This document shows positions 53,749 through 63,353 of a DNA stretch of 64,000 nt, piece by piece. Every line of letters starts with the position of its first letter. The stretch's first letter is position 1. Both the position numbers and the translations under genes were made by a program. The stretch comes from Methanomassiliicoccales archaeon (GTDB lineage Archaea; Thermoplasmatota; Thermoplasmata; Methanomassiliicoccales; UBA472). The stretch is taken from NCBI GenBank assembly GCA_035527755.1, contig DATKZX010000004.1, positions 21,014-85,013 on the forward strand, read 5' to 3'. Under the pieces are notes generated by a model. It did no database searches, was not told the origin of the DNA, and worked only from the letters and a program-made list of their open reading frames with translations.

Positions 53749-53925
53749 ATGAAAGTGGACCTCGTGGATATTTTGGCCTGTCCGGCCTGCAAGCACCACC
53801 CATTGAAATTGACGGTGGAGCGGGAGGCTAACGGGGAGGTCATCGATGGTATGTTGGCCTGCGCGTCGTGCGGTGCGCGCTATCCGATCGAGGAAGGCAT
53901 CCCCAACCTCCTACCGCCAGAATGA
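53749..53925 (+). CDS. trm112: Trm112-like zinc-ribbon protein (methyltransferase activator)
   Basis: The start was set at ATG 53749. It has LDILACPACKHHPL and LACASCGARYPIEEGIPNLL. Confidence 0.7.
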   Translation: MKVDLVDILACPACKHHPLKLTVEREANGEVIDGMLACASCGARYPIEEGIPNLLPPE

Positions 53926-55080
53926 TCAAAGTTTGGCCAGGGCGACCTTGATGCGGGACATCCCTTCCCTGATATCATCTCGGCTGGCAGCGTAGGACAA
54001 CCTGAACCTGCCCTCTCCAGCTGGACCGAAGGCGGAACCGGGAGTGATCGCTACGTGCGCCTCTTCTAAAAGATATGCGGCCATTTCCTCAGAGGACATA
54101 TCGAAATCGTAGGAGGGCATCATGTAGAACGCCCCGCTGGGCATGGGGCAGTTGAGCGCCGGAATATCGTCCATGAGCGAATACACGAGATCCCTTCGGA
54201 CCTTGAACTCCCCCTTCATAGCCTGGACCGAAGCCTGCGGCCCGTTCAAAGCCTCTATGCATGCCTGTTGCACGAACGACGTCACACAGGTGATGGACTG
54301 GGTCTGTAGCTTGTTCAGCTCTTTGAAGATGGGCGCAGGTGCCACGGCCCATCCGGCCCGCCAGCCGGTCATGGCATAGGTCTTCGAGAAACCGTTGACA
54401 GTGATGGTGCGATCGAACATGCCTGCCAACGAGGATATGGAAAGGTGCTCCCCCTCGAACACCAATTGATCATATATTTCGTCGGCCAGGACGAAAAGGT
54501 CGTGATCATTGGCCAGGTCCGCTACGCCCTTGACGTCCTCTTTTGTCAGCACGGCACCGCAAGGATTGGAGGGGGAGTTCAGCACCACCAACTTCGTCTT
54601 TTTGGTTATCTGTTCAGCTAAACTCTCCGGCGTCATGCGGAAAGCCTTCTCCGATGACAATTCCGCATAGCGTACCTTCCCGCCAGCAAGTTTAGCGCAA
54701 GCCTCGAAAGTGCCCCAGGCAATGTCCGGTATCACGACCTCGTCGCCGTCGTCCACCATGGCCAGCATGGTCATGAAGATGGCCTGCTTGGTCGGGGTGA
54801 TAAGGACATTGGAAGCCTCACAGGGAATATTATTGATCCAGCGGCACCTTTGGGACACCGCCTTGCGCAGTTCGGGAATGCCGGCCGAGGGCGTATAGTA
54901 GGTGAAATCGTTGTCCAAGGATCGCGCGCAGGCGTCCTTGATGTTGTCAGGGGTATGGAAATCTGGCTCCCCCATCGAGAACGAGATGATGTCGACCCCT
55001 TCAGCCTTGAGCTTACTGACCAGGTTGGCGATCTTCACCGTCCCGGATTCGGGGACGTTCTCCATCCTTCTCGCGAACAT
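53926..55080 (-). CDS. aspC: Aspartate/aromatic aminotransferase, class I
   Basis: It has GEPDFHTP, NPSNPCG and SFSKTYAMTGWRAGW (PLP Lys). ATG 55080 (MFARRMENV) gives a canonical length, and the track allows TTG 55134. Confidence 0.85.
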   Translation of the reverse strand: MFARRMENVPESGTVKIANLVSKLKAEGVDIISFSMGEPDFHTPDNIKDACARSLDNDFTYYTPSAGIPELRKAVSQRCRWINNIPCEASNVLITPTKQAIFMTMLAMVDDGDEVVIPDIAWGTFEACAKLAGGKVRYAELSSEKAFRMTPESLAEQITKKTKLVVLNSPSNPCGAVLTKEDVKGVADLANDHDLFVLADEIYDQLVFEGEHLSISSLAGMFDRTITVNGFSKTYAMTGWRAGWAVAPAPIFKELNKLQTQSITCVTSFVQQACIEALNGPQASVQAMKGEFKVRRDLVYSLMDDIPALNCPMPSGAFYMMPSYDFDMSSEEMAAYLLEEAHVAITPGSAFGPAGEGRFRLSYAASRDDIREGMSRIKVALAKL

Positions 55081-55201
55081 CACGCCGAGGAACGAGCCCA
55101 ATATCTTTATGCTTTTCTCAATGCCTGATGCCAATCATCCAGGGGTATTGTAGGAAAAGTGATAAATAACGCCCTGCAGGTAAGCCGATTTGGTGAGTAA
55201 T

Positions 55202-56110
55202 ATGGTGTTCAAGTTGGACCTATCCGGACTACGCCACGGAACGGACCTGGTGAAACGAGGGTTCGCCAAGATGCAACAGGGCGGTGTGGTCATGGACGTG
55301 ACCAACGCCGAGCAGGCCAAGATAGCCGAAGAAGCTGGTGCCGTGGCCGTGATGGCTTTGGAGCGGGTCCCGGCAGATATTCGTGCACAGGGCGGAGTGG
55401 CTCGCATGGCCGACCCGGTCAAGATACGGGAGATCATGGACACGGTAACCATACCGGTCATGGCCAAGTGCCGCATCGGGCATTTCGTTGAAGCTCAGAT
55501 ACTGGAATCATTGGGCGTGGACATGATCGACGAATCGGAGGTACTGACCCCGGCAGACCCGTTCATGCACGTGGTCAAGAAAGGTTTCACAGTACCTTTC
55601 GTATGCGGAGCCAGGGACCTTGGGGAAGCCCTAAGGCGCATCGACGAGGGAGCGGCAATGGTCCGGACCAAAGGGGAGCCGGGCACCGGTAATATCATCG
55701 AGGCGGTCAGGCATCAGCACATCATCATGGGCAAGGTAAGGGAACTGAAGGGCATGAACGACTCGGAGCTAGCGGTCGTCGCCCGACAGATCGAAGCCCC
55801 ATTCTATCTGGTCAAGGAGGTTGCCAGTCTGCAACGCCTTCCGGTCATCAATTTTGCCGCTGGTGGAATTGCCACGCCGGCCGATGCAGCGCTGATGATG
55901 CAGTTGGGAAGCGATGGAGTGTTCGTAGGTTCGGGCATCTTCAAGAGCAACGATCCGGCCGTCAGGGCCAAGGCCATCGTCGAAGCGGTCACCCATTTTG
56001 ATGACCCTAAGGTGATCGCCGAGGTGTCTAGGGGATTGGGGGAGGCCATGCACGGCATTGAGATCTCCACCCTGTCCAAGGAACAGCGGATGCAGGAACG
56101 CGGCTGGTGA
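55202..56110 (+). CDS. pdxS: Pyridoxal 5'-phosphate synthase lyase subunit PdxS
   Basis: It has [35 protein letters not shown] and [11 protein letters not shown]. No pdxT is adjacent. Confidence 0.9.
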   Translation: MVFKLDLSGLRHGTDLVKRGFAKMQQGGVVMDVTNAEQAKIAEEAGAVAVMALERVPADIRAQGGVARMADPVKIREIMDTVTIPVMAKCRIGHFVEAQILESLGVDMIDESEVLTPADPFMHVVKKGFTVPFVCGARDLGEALRRIDEGAAMVRTKGEPGTGNIIEAVRHQHIIMGKVRELKGMNDSELAVVARQIEAPFYLVKEVASLQRLPVINFAAGGIATPADAALMMQLGSDGVFVGSGIFKSNDPAVRAKAIVEAVTHFDDPKVIAEVSRGLGEAMHGIEISTLSKEQRMQERGW

Positions 56111-56662
56111 TCATTCCAGGGCGCTCAGCGCCTGGCAAAGGACCAGTGGCACGGTGAGAAGCTCACCGCCCAGGGAGACGACCTCGTCCGCCCTCTGATA
56201 AACGGGGCTGAGGAAATCTCCCTCGGTGAACCCGCCGATGACCGCCGTCCAACCTTCCTCTTTACTTTTTAGAACCTTCGATAGATCGGACCGATGTCCC
56301 CTAGGCGAGAACACCAATACCTTACGACCATCCACGACCTTCTCGAACGAGGCTTCCAGAAGGCGTATGGAAGCTTTTCCCTCACCTATGGACCCGTTTC
56401 TCATCAGCGGGTCGAGGAGCTGGAGGAACTGGAGGTAGTTGGCCGGTACATTTGCTTCTAGGCCGAAAATGAGCAGTTTGTCCTGCCTGGTATGCACCAT
56501 CACCTCCAATCCTTTCCTCCGTAATGGAGAACGGAGGGACATACTGAGGAATGAATGGACCACATCGGGTCTTCCCCGGCGCGTGTCGGTCAAAACATCC
56601 TTCGGCCCGCCCCGGTACCGGTCCAGGAGGATCGTTCGGTCCCCTGACCGATACCATTCCAT
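56111..56662 (-). CDS. nep1: Nep1/Emg1-like SPOUT rRNA (pseudouridine-N1) methyltransferase
   Basis: It has RRGRPDVVHSFLSMSLRSPL, which is the RPDI(V)VH signature, and a C-terminal GGF..G.F trefoil-knot region. Confidence 0.75.
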   Translation of the reverse strand: MEWYRSGDRTILLDRYRGGPKDVLTDTRRGRPDVVHSFLSMSLRSPLRRKGLEVMVHTRQDKLLIFGLEANVPANYLQFLQLLDPLMRNGSIGEGKASIRLLEASFEKVVDGRKVLVFSPRGHRSDLSKVLKSKEEGWTAVIGGFTEGDFLSPVYQRADEVVSLGGELLTVPLVLCQALSALE

Positions 56663-56688
56663 CTCGGCATCGGCCAGGAGCAGGGTGA

Positions 56689-57759
56689 TCAGGAGATCAC
56701 TTTGCCCATCGTGTCGGTCTTGACAGCGTCGTTGATCTCCCGGGAGATGCGACGCCCAGTGCTCATTCCCACTTCCACCAGGTCAGAGTAGGGAGAACCG
56801 GAGATGAACGGGTTGGAACCGGCCACGATCCTGGAGGATATCTCGAATATCTTGAACTCCAGTTTATCAGTTACGATGCCTTCCAGACAGAATGGTCCGA
56901 TCATGCCTCCGAAAAGCTCGTAAGCGCGCTTCACCACCTGTTCGCCCATGTCGAACACCTTGGGCAATAAGCTCTCCCTGATGACCACTGGCACATTGCC
57001 AGTGACGACGAACGAGGGAAACAGCCCTAGCCTCTTCAGTTCTTCGGACGCCCCCAATTTGTACAGTTCATCTATGTTGCTCTCATCTCGTCGGTCCATG
57101 GACATGAGCTCAAGGGAGCCGTCCCTAACTCGGAACCCGTCCTGTTTGATAGGCGAGTAGAAGTAGTGCAAGTAATACCTGGTGCCTAGGATATACTCCT
57201 GGATAGTATACTCCTGCTCCATATCCAGTCCCATCTTGAACTCGTTGTAGTCCTTGGCTATGAAGAATCCCCGGCCACCCTTGGCCCCGTGGTATTTTAC
57301 CAGTACCGGTCGGTCGATGGTCTTGGGATCCTCGATGACGTTCGGCATGGCGATGCCTGCCGTCTCCAGCCATTCCCTCATACGATCCCGATTGGATTCC
57401 CACCTCAGAACGTTCCTGTTGCCGAAGGTGGGCACGGGCATGTTCTCGAACTTGTCGGTACCCATATACTCCACGAAGGAGCCGTGCGGTACGATGATGA
57501 CATTGCGGGCTAACAGCTCATCGACGTTGTCGATCAGATCATTGTAACTATCCAGTTTGATGAACTCGTCCGGCTTGGCCAAGGGAAAAGCATCGTAGTA
57601 ACGGAAATTATCTTTGACCGTCAACCCCAATGTTTTGAAACCTTCTTTCTTGGCCCCGTTAAAAATTTGCAGGGAAGAGTGTGAGCAGAGGGTGGCCACA
57701 GTGAGCTTGTCCTTGTCGTACTCGTCGAGTATCTTGAGAATTTTGCCTTTCGGGACCAT
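56689..57759 (-). CDS. purP: 5-formaminoimidazole-4-carboxamide ribonucleotide (FAICAR) synthetase PurP
   Basis: It has TLCSHSSLQIFNGAKKEGF and IVPHGSFVEY, on an ATP-grasp body typical of archaeal PurP. Confidence 0.9.
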   Translation of the reverse strand: MVPKGKILKILDEYDKDKLTVATLCSHSSLQIFNGAKKEGFKTLGLTVKDNFRYYDAFPLAKPDEFIKLDSYNDLIDNVDELLARNVIIVPHGSFVEYMGTDKFENMPVPTFGNRNVLRWESNRDRMREWLETAGIAMPNVIEDPKTIDRPVLVKYHGAKGGRGFFIAKDYNEFKMGLDMEQEYTIQEYILGTRYYLHYFYSPIKQDGFRVRDGSLELMSMDRRDESNIDELYKLGASEELKRLGLFPSFVVTGNVPVVIRESLLPKVFDMGEQVVKRAYELFGGMIGPFCLEGIVTDKLEFKIFEISSRIVAGSNPFISGSPYSDLVEVGMSTGRRISREINDAVKTDTMGKVIS

Positions 57760-57802
57760 TACCTCAAAATTTTCCTGACGAATATAAACCTTTCGAACCT
57801 CC

Positions 57803-58318
57803 TCAATTGAAGAGTTGAATACCTAGGAATTCGAAGAAAACATATACGACCGTCGCGCGGGTAAGCCCGGCCAGGAAGTTAACTAGACCGAAATAGCGCA
57901 CGTTGAGGGTCTTACCTTCCTTGTTGAATATGGAAAAAAGATACACAGGAACGGTATCGACCATCAAAGGGACGCTCAGAATAACGTACAATCCGATGTA
58001 GCTGAACTTCTCTACGAACCTCTCGCATGCGAAAACGAATTTACAATACCATCTCCAACGGTCGCAGAGCTTGCGGATCGGCCCTTCTACGTTCACTCCG
58101 ATATAGAACACCAATATGCTGCCGACCCCCTTCCCGGCGGCCAGGATCAGGGCCTTGACCACGAAGGGCGTTTCCGGGCTCAGGAAAAGTCCCAGCTCTA
58201 CGGGTATGGGCAGGATTATCGTCGCCGCTATGGCGTAAATAAAGAATACTGACCCATAGATTATAGGATCGCCCTGGAGCTGCTCCAGGGACGACCATAT
58301 ATCCTCAATGATCCCCAT
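57803..58318 (-). CDS. Integral membrane protein of unknown function (possibly DedA/VTT-like)
   Basis: It has four to five hydrophobic helices and no catalytic motif that I recognise. Confidence 0.45.
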   Translation of the reverse strand: MGIIEDIWSSLEQLQGDPIIYGSVFFIYAIAATIILPIPVELGLFLSPETPFVVKALILAAGKGVGSILVFYIGVNVEGPIRKLCDRWRWYCKFVFACERFVEKFSYIGLYVILSVPLMVDTVPVYLFSIFNKEGKTLNVRYFGLVNFLAGLTRATVVYVFFEFLGIQLFN

Positions 58319-58420
58319 CGGACGAGTAATATACTGCGATTAGAAAAGGTTATTGGAATTCAGACCTCGCCATAATAATTGCTGGGTTATCACAATAATG
58401 AGATATCTTTTTATGTTCGT

Positions 58421-59071
58421 ATGGCAATTATGCCAGGGGAGACTTCAATGGTTCCAGATAAAAAGGTGGGAAAGGCAAAGGACGAAGATTGGTTCGCCAA
58501 GCTTGATGCCGAGCTCTCGGCTCGTACCGATGCCATCTCTAAGGATAAGGAAGAGATCAACTTCCAAAAGACCACTATTAATCGGACTATCATAGGTGAT
58601 ATCTGGAACGTATTGAACCGTTTCTCCAAGATCAACGTCCAGTTGAACATGGAACCCACCTATAGCGAATTCGCCCAGTTCGAGGAGTTCCCCAATAAGT
58701 GGCGTTTCAAGACCGAGTACGATTTTGAAGCGGTCTCCAAGGTCCAATTGGTCGATCGAACCCAGACCCAGGGGCGCATGGGGGATTCCCTCAAGATCAT
58801 GTATTACGCCGTGGATTCCACGCCCTGCCTGCGCGTAGTCTTCGACTATTGCGAAGGTGAACATTATTACAAATATGCTGGTTGGAAGCGGATATTCGGG
58901 CAGTTCGTGGTCTACGATTCCCCTCTGTCGAAGTTCGACATGAACCGGTTCCACGAGCACTTGGGCGATGTCGTTCTGGCATGGTATGAATCCCACCTGC
59001 GCAACAATCGGGACATACTGATCTCTCACCTCAAGGAGAAGTATGAACGCGGTGAGACATTCACTGAGTGA
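58421..59071 (+). CDS. Hypothetical protein upstream of the RPA genes
   Basis: The ORF has normal composition. The first ATG is at 58421, with an alternative ATG at 58448. A stem-loop plus T-run follows the stop. I recognise no family. Confidence 0.4.
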   Translation: MAIMPGETSMVPDKKVGKAKDEDWFAKLDAELSARTDAISKDKEEINFQKTTINRTIIGDIWNVLNRFSKINVQLNMEPTYSEFAQFEEFPNKWRFKTEYDFEAVSKVQLVDRTQTQGRMGDSLKIMYYAVDSTPCLRVVFDYCEGEHYYKYAGWKRIFGQFVVYDSPLSKFDMNRFHEHLGDVVLAWYESHLRNNRDILISHLKEKYERGETFTE

Positions 59072-59105
59072 GCCATTTTCAATCGGCTCACGATCATCAA
59101 TTTTT
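59068..59105 (+). terminator. Stem-loop plus T-tract terminator
   Basis: TGAGCC-ATTTTCAATC-GGCTCA forms a 6-bp stem that overlaps the stop codon. A T6 run lies at 59100-59105. Confidence 0.4.
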
Positions 59106-59224
59106 TACTGGCCTCTGCAAAAATGAGGCATTTATCTTCTCATTTTCAATTGTCGGTGAATAATACTATTAAACGTAATGGGCATAATGAGCCTGCCTAA
59201 TTATCAAAGCAAAGGAGGCATTAA

Positions 59225-60541
59225 ATGGACAAAGAGGAACTCACACCCCATGTGGAAGAAGTTGCCAGGGTGCTCGGGGAAAAGGCAGACAAGGAAGCGA
59301 TAGAGAAAGAAATGGAGACCTACCTGACCTTATACAGGGTGTCCCTGGAGACGGCCAAGCGTAGCATCGTCAAGAACTTTGGCGGAGATCCTAACGCCCT
59401 ACAGAAGGGGACCCGGAAGACCGTGGAGACGCTCACTGGAGCGGAGCAGTCGGTGGACCTCATGGTGAAGGTCCTCACCGTCAATCCCAAGTCGATCGAG
59501 GTCGGTGGAGCCTGTAAGAACATTGTCTACGGGTTGCTGGGCGATGAGACAGGAACGGTCCCTTACACTGTTTGGGAGACCGACCGTGTACAGCTGAACG
59601 AAGGATCTACCGTGCTCATTCGTAACGCTTATACCAAGGAGTACAAAGGATCACCACAGCTCAACCTGGGCAACCGGGCCACCGTTGAGGTCACTGAGGA
59701 GAGCCTCGCCGTGGTCGGAGCACCCGCCAGCGGTGCTGGGTCCCTTGAGGCCAAGATCTCCGAGCTGGGCGAGGGCATGAACTATGTCATCGTCTCTGGT
59801 AAGGTAGTTAGCTTGGAAGAGAAGGAGATCACCGCTTCAGGAGAGAAAAAGACCATCCTGACCGGTGTGCTGACCGACGACACTGGCAGTGTGGAGTTCA
59901 CTGTCTGGGGGCAGACCAAGCTGAACAAGGACGATGAGGTGAAGATCATCGGCGCCTACGTCAAGAGCTGGAGAGGCATGCCCAAGCTGAACTTGGGCGA
60001 CCGAGCTGAGGTCCAGGTGCTGGCAAAGGGATCTTTGGGAGACCTTACCTTGACCAAGGTTCAGACCCTTGAAGAGATAGAACGTGCCGGTGGAGCAATG
60101 GACACCTTGGTCCGCGGGACCTTGGTGGATGTGCGTGAGGGCAGTGGACTTATCATGCGCTGCCCTGATTGCCGTCGGGTACTGCAGAAGAGCACCTGCC
60201 GGGTACACGGAAAGGTCAAAGGCGTGGACGATCTGAGGATCAAGGCCATCCTGGATGACGGCACTTCTTCTTTGAACGTGATCTTCGCCAAGGAACTGAC
60301 CGAACAGATGATCGGCGTGACCATGGACGAGGCTATCAAGCTCACCACGGAGGAGAGGAACCCGGACCTGATCAAAGAGATGGCCGAGGAAAAGCTCTTC
60401 GCCCGGTCCTTAGAGGTCCGGGGCATGGTGCGCAGTGACGACTTTGGTCCAATGATGATGGCAAAAGAGGTGCACTTCGTAGAACAGGACGTGAGGGAGG
60501 AGGGCGCAAAGCTCCTAACTGAACTGGAGGGATTCAATTGA
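59225..60541 (+). CDS. rpa: Replication protein A (multi-OB-fold ssDNA-binding protein with zinc finger)
   Basis: It has repeated OB-fold segments (VKVL.V..K....G......G.L.DETG...) and the zinc motif CPDCRRVLQKSTCRVHG. Confidence 0.85.
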   Translation: MDKEELTPHVEEVARVLGEKADKEAIEKEMETYLTLYRVSLETAKRSIVKNFGGDPNALQKGTRKTVETLTGAEQSVDLMVKVLTVNPKSIEVGGACKNIVYGLLGDETGTVPYTVWETDRVQLNEGSTVLIRNAYTKEYKGSPQLNLGNRATVEVTEESLAVVGAPASGAGSLEAKISELGEGMNYVIVSGKVVSLEEKEITASGEKKTILTGVLTDDTGSVEFTVWGQTKLNKDDEVKIIGAYVKSWRGMPKLNLGDRAEVQVLAKGSLGDLTLTKVQTLEEIERAGGAMDTLVRGTLVDVREGSGLIMRCPDCRRVLQKSTCRVHGKVKGVDDLRIKAILDDGTSSLNVIFAKELTEQMIGVTMDEAIKLTTEERNPDLIKEMAEEKLFARSLEVRGMVRSDDFGPMMMAKEVHFVEQDVREEGAKLLTELEGFN

Positions 60542-61419
60542 TCTCCAGGGAAGTTGCGTGGAGGATATTCGCCGCCGAGTTCAATTCCTCGAGCTACGAG
60601 ATCAAGGGAGAGGGCGAGAAGGCACCTTCCTTCCTCATCTCGCCACTGGGTGCCAAGATCAACCGCGTATTCATAGTGGGGGTCCTCACCGACAATGAGA
60701 ACGTAGGCAACGAGAACGAACCGGTGTGGCGGGCCAAGATCACTGACCCTACCGGTACCTTCTACCTTACCGCCGGACAGTATCAGCCTGAGGCAAGCAT
60801 GGCATTGGCCAAGCTGCAGCCCCCTTGCTTCGTCGCCGTAGTGGGTAAGTTCCGCACCTACTCTCCGGAAGAGGGCAAGTTGTACGTGTCCATCAGGCCG
60901 GAAAGGATCGGCAAGGTGGAAGCGGCCATCCGGGACAATTGGGTCCTGGAGACGTGCAAGGCTTCCTCTGACCGAATCTCCGCCATGGAAGAGGCCATGA
61001 AGCTGGGAGAGCCTGACGCCGATAAGCTCATGCAGATCGGATTCAGCCTGCCACTGGCCGAAGGCGCCGCGCTCAGCGTCAAGCATTACCACCCTGATGA
61101 CCTCACACGCTATCGTGCCATGGTGGTGGACGCGCTCAAGTTCCTATTGCCCGAGTACCAGATCGGTCCGGACATGTCAGCGGAAGCCGCGGTCCCTGAA
61201 GAGATCGAGATAGCCGAGGAGGACGATGTTGACAAAGAAGCATTGGTCCTGGCCATGATCGAAAGCTTGGATTCTGGCCGAGGAGCGGCTTGGGACGAAG
61301 TGGTCAAGAAGTCCAAGGAACAGGGCATCGAACGGGAAGAGCTCGACACGATCGCCAACTCTCTGTTGGACAAGGGATTCGTCTATGAGCCAGTATTGGG
61401 CAGGATGAGAAAAATATAA
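60538..61419 (+). CDS. RPA-associated OB-fold protein (RPAP / RPA32-like)
   Basis: The start forms a TTGA overlap with the rpa stop. It has one OB-fold (INRVFIVGVLTD....WRAKITDPTGTFYL), an acidic linker and a C-terminal wHTH-like segment. Confidence 0.65.
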   Translation: MISREVAWRIFAAEFNSSSYEIKGEGEKAPSFLISPLGAKINRVFIVGVLTDNENVGNENEPVWRAKITDPTGTFYLTAGQYQPEASMALAKLQPPCFVAVVGKFRTYSPEEGKLYVSIRPERIGKVEAAIRDNWVLETCKASSDRISAMEEAMKLGEPDADKLMQIGFSLPLAEGAALSVKHYHPDDLTRYRAMVVDALKFLLPEYQIGPDMSAEAAVPEEIEIAEEDDVDKEALVLAMIESLDSGRGAAWDEVVKKSKEQGIEREELDTIANSLLDKGFVYEPVLGRMRKI

Positions 61420-61426
61420 AAAAAAT

Positions 61427-61460
61427 GGGAAAAGGTTTCCCAAACTTTTTTTTCTTTTTT
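61427..61460. terminator. Bidirectional terminator between convergent genes
   Basis: The hairpin GGGAAA-AGG-TTTCCC is flanked by an A8 run on the 5' side and a T-rich run (TTTTTTTTCTTTTTTT) on the 3' side. It fills the whole 40-nt convergent gap. Confidence 0.45.
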
Positions 61461-62404
61461 TACCGGAGCTGTGCCATCAACTGGTCCTCGAACTGCCACT
61501 GCGCCTGGAAGTGATCGTTTAGGTCCTTGATGATGATATAGTACCAGTAAAACACGATGATACTGATGAGCAAGGTGGCGATCAGGAGTATGACGTTGGG
61601 CCTCTCCTTGAGGGTGCTCCAGGAAGGCGTCATCACATTGATGCCCAATTTCTGGCAGGCTACTTGAGTGTACTGGGTGAAAGCGTGCCATCTCTTGTCG
61701 TGGTCGAACGGGAACTCACCTAGGAAATACATGACCACCAGGTTGAGAAGGGGTATCAAACTGATGATGGTCCAGAGGACGGGGGTTCTCTCCTTCTCCT
61801 TGTACATTGCTTCCTGGTTGATGCTTTCCAAAGCGGATATCTCGTTGGCTATGAGCTGGGCTCTCTGAGTCTCCGCTCCCTTGTCCTTCAGATATGATAT
61901 GATGGCCATGCGTAGGGCCATTTCCCTTTTGCGATGCTCGTCCATTCTCTTGAGCAACTTATAATTTAGGACCGCATAGAGGATAATGCCGATCGGTATG
62001 GCAAGCATGATACCGTAGATACCTATCACTAACACCAATACGACACCGATGATCAAGGCAATGACGATCGCAAGGATCGGCCATAGTGTCCATATTCCGC
62101 TCATGATATCATCGGTCATATTTCGGTTCTGTATCGCTCCGGCGATCTGACCTTTGGCACCGCCCCCATAGGATTGTCCTATTGGCATCTGACCAGGAGC
62201 GCCAGGAGGCGACTGCTGCCACCCACCCTGCTGGGGCGGTTGCTGATAGTTCTGCTGAGATGGCTGCTGCCACCCACCCTGCTGGGGCGGTTGCTCAGCA
62301 GAGGTTTGCTGAGGAGAGCTTATGCTCCGGCCACAGCCCTGACAGAACTGGGCGTCGGCCGAGGCCAACTTCCCACAATAAGGACATGTCTTGGTTCCGT
62401 CCAT
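61460..62404 (-). CDS. Zinc-ribbon, Gln/Pro-rich, multi-pass membrane protein
   Basis: The N-terminus has CPYCG..x..CQGCG. A low-complexity region carries two QPPQQGGWQQ units. Hydrophobic helices follow, and then a C-terminal cytoplasmic domain. Confidence 0.6.
   Translation of the reverse strand: MDGTKTCPYCGKLASADAQFCQGCGRSISSPQQTSAEQPPQQGGWQQPSQQNYQQPPQQGGWQQSPPGAPGQMPIGQSYGGGAKGQIAGAIQNRNMTDDIMSGIWTLWPILAIVIALIIGVVLVLVIGIYGIMLAIPIGIILYAVLNYKLLKRMDEHRKREMALRMAIISYLKDKGAETQRAQLIANEISALESINQEAMYKEKERTPVLWTIISLIPLLNLVVMYFLGEFPFDHDKRWHAFTQYTQVACQKLGINVMTPSWSTLKERPNVILLIATLLISIIVFYWYYIIIKDLNDHFQAQWQFEDQLMAQLR
62213..62295. repeat. Exact 32-nt direct repeat (period 51 nt) inside the Zn-ribbon gene
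   Basis: CTGCTGCCACCCACCCTGCTGGGGCGGTTGCT occurs at 62213-62244 and again at 62264-62295. It encodes the duplicated QPPQQGGWQQ unit. Confidence 0.85.
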
Positions 62405-62495
62405 GTAAATCTTCTCCTTAAATTGGCCCCCTGGGGGGGTCTAGGCCGTATATGGCTTCTGGTATATATTTAGAATTTTGCCAGGGGAGAACAAA

Positions 62496-63314
62496 TTACT
62501 TTTCGATCACCAGGGCGGCGTATCCTACCACCTGGTCCATCGGATGTATGTCTCCAGAGTTTCCATAATGAAGTAACCGTGCCTTACTGCCGTCGCATGC
62601 AAGTAGCATAGTGGCCACCGGACCGTATCCGCACATGCTGATGTCCCTTGCCATGACCGTATTGATGACCCCTTCTGCATCCAGCTCCAGTATGCGGTCC
62701 AACACGCGCCCGTCCTCCTGCTTGGCCGTGGATGCGGGAACATAATGTGAGAGATCTGAAGATGCCAGATACAAAACGTCCTTCCCAGAGCAGGCCTCCT
62801 TCAGCACCTTGGCCGTCTCCCGGGCCATTACGATATCCTGTTGCCCCATTACCAGAGGAACGATCTTGATATCGGGTGACAGGAATTGTAGGAAGGGGAG
62901 CTGAACCTCCAGGCTGTGCTCGTACAGATGAGCTGAACGATCTATCTCCACCACACCCCTTAATCGGGATAGGATCTCTTGATCCACCTTGACCGTGCCG
63001 AGCGGTGTCTCGAAATCCTCGTTGCATGCGGATACCGCCCTACCATATCCAGTATGATTAGGACCGATGATGACCACCGTCTCAGGTAACCCGTCTCGAG
63101 CCATCTCGGCGTATACGTGAGCGGCTACTGGACCGGAGAACATCAGGCCAGCATGCGGAACGACCGCCCCTACTATCACACGTTCCCCGTCCTTGACCAC
63201 CTCAGGAAGTGCCCCGGGGCCGAACGGAGAAAGAAAGCATCTCTCCACCTCCTTCAGCAGGGCGGCTCTTGATGCTGAGTAGAATTGTCCGGCGACGGCC
63301 GCGTGGCGTACCAT
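62496..63314 (-). CDS. MEMO1-family protein (AmmeMemoRadiSam system protein B)
   Basis: It has MVRHAAVAGQFY, VPHAGLMFSG, IIGPNH and SSDLSHY. Confidence 0.85.
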   Translation of the reverse strand: MVRHAAVAGQFYSASRAALLKEVERCFLSPFGPGALPEVVKDGERVIVGAVVPHAGLMFSGPVAAHVYAEMARDGLPETVVIIGPNHTGYGRAVSACNEDFETPLGTVKVDQEILSRLRGVVEIDRSAHLYEHSLEVQLPFLQFLSPDIKIVPLVMGQQDIVMARETAKVLKEACSGKDVLYLASSDLSHYVPASTAKQEDGRVLDRILELDAEGVINTVMARDISMCGYGPVATMLLACDGSKARLLHYGNSGDIHPMDQVVGYAALVIEK

Positions 63315-63353
63315 AAATGAAAATAAGGAAAGGGAGTTGAAAAGGGTTGGGGT

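Noticed and set aside
52614-53843. The 409-aa version of the threonine aldolase ORF overlaps the divergent Trm112 gene.
   Set aside because: The first 65 residues have no aldolase homology and cover the Trm112 start region. A TTG with a GGAGAGGT Shine-Dalgarno-like motif gives a canonical 344-aa protein starting M-RRIDLRSDT. The long form is most likely an ORF-finder extension.
60061-61092. A 343-aa minus-strand ORF lies antisense to rpa/rpap. Similar long antisense ORFs occur elsewhere, for example 3508-4071, 4580-5401, 16399-17040, 26759-27448, 29177-29833, 30096-30773, 43645-44379, 50205-50942, 50905-51585 and 63337-63921.
   Set aside because: Each lies exactly opposite a gene with strong recognisable homology. 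Each has Arg/Ser/Pro/Gly-heavy low-information composition. Some span two sense genes. This is the expected stop-codon-poor antisense frame of a GC-biased coding region, not overlapping genes.
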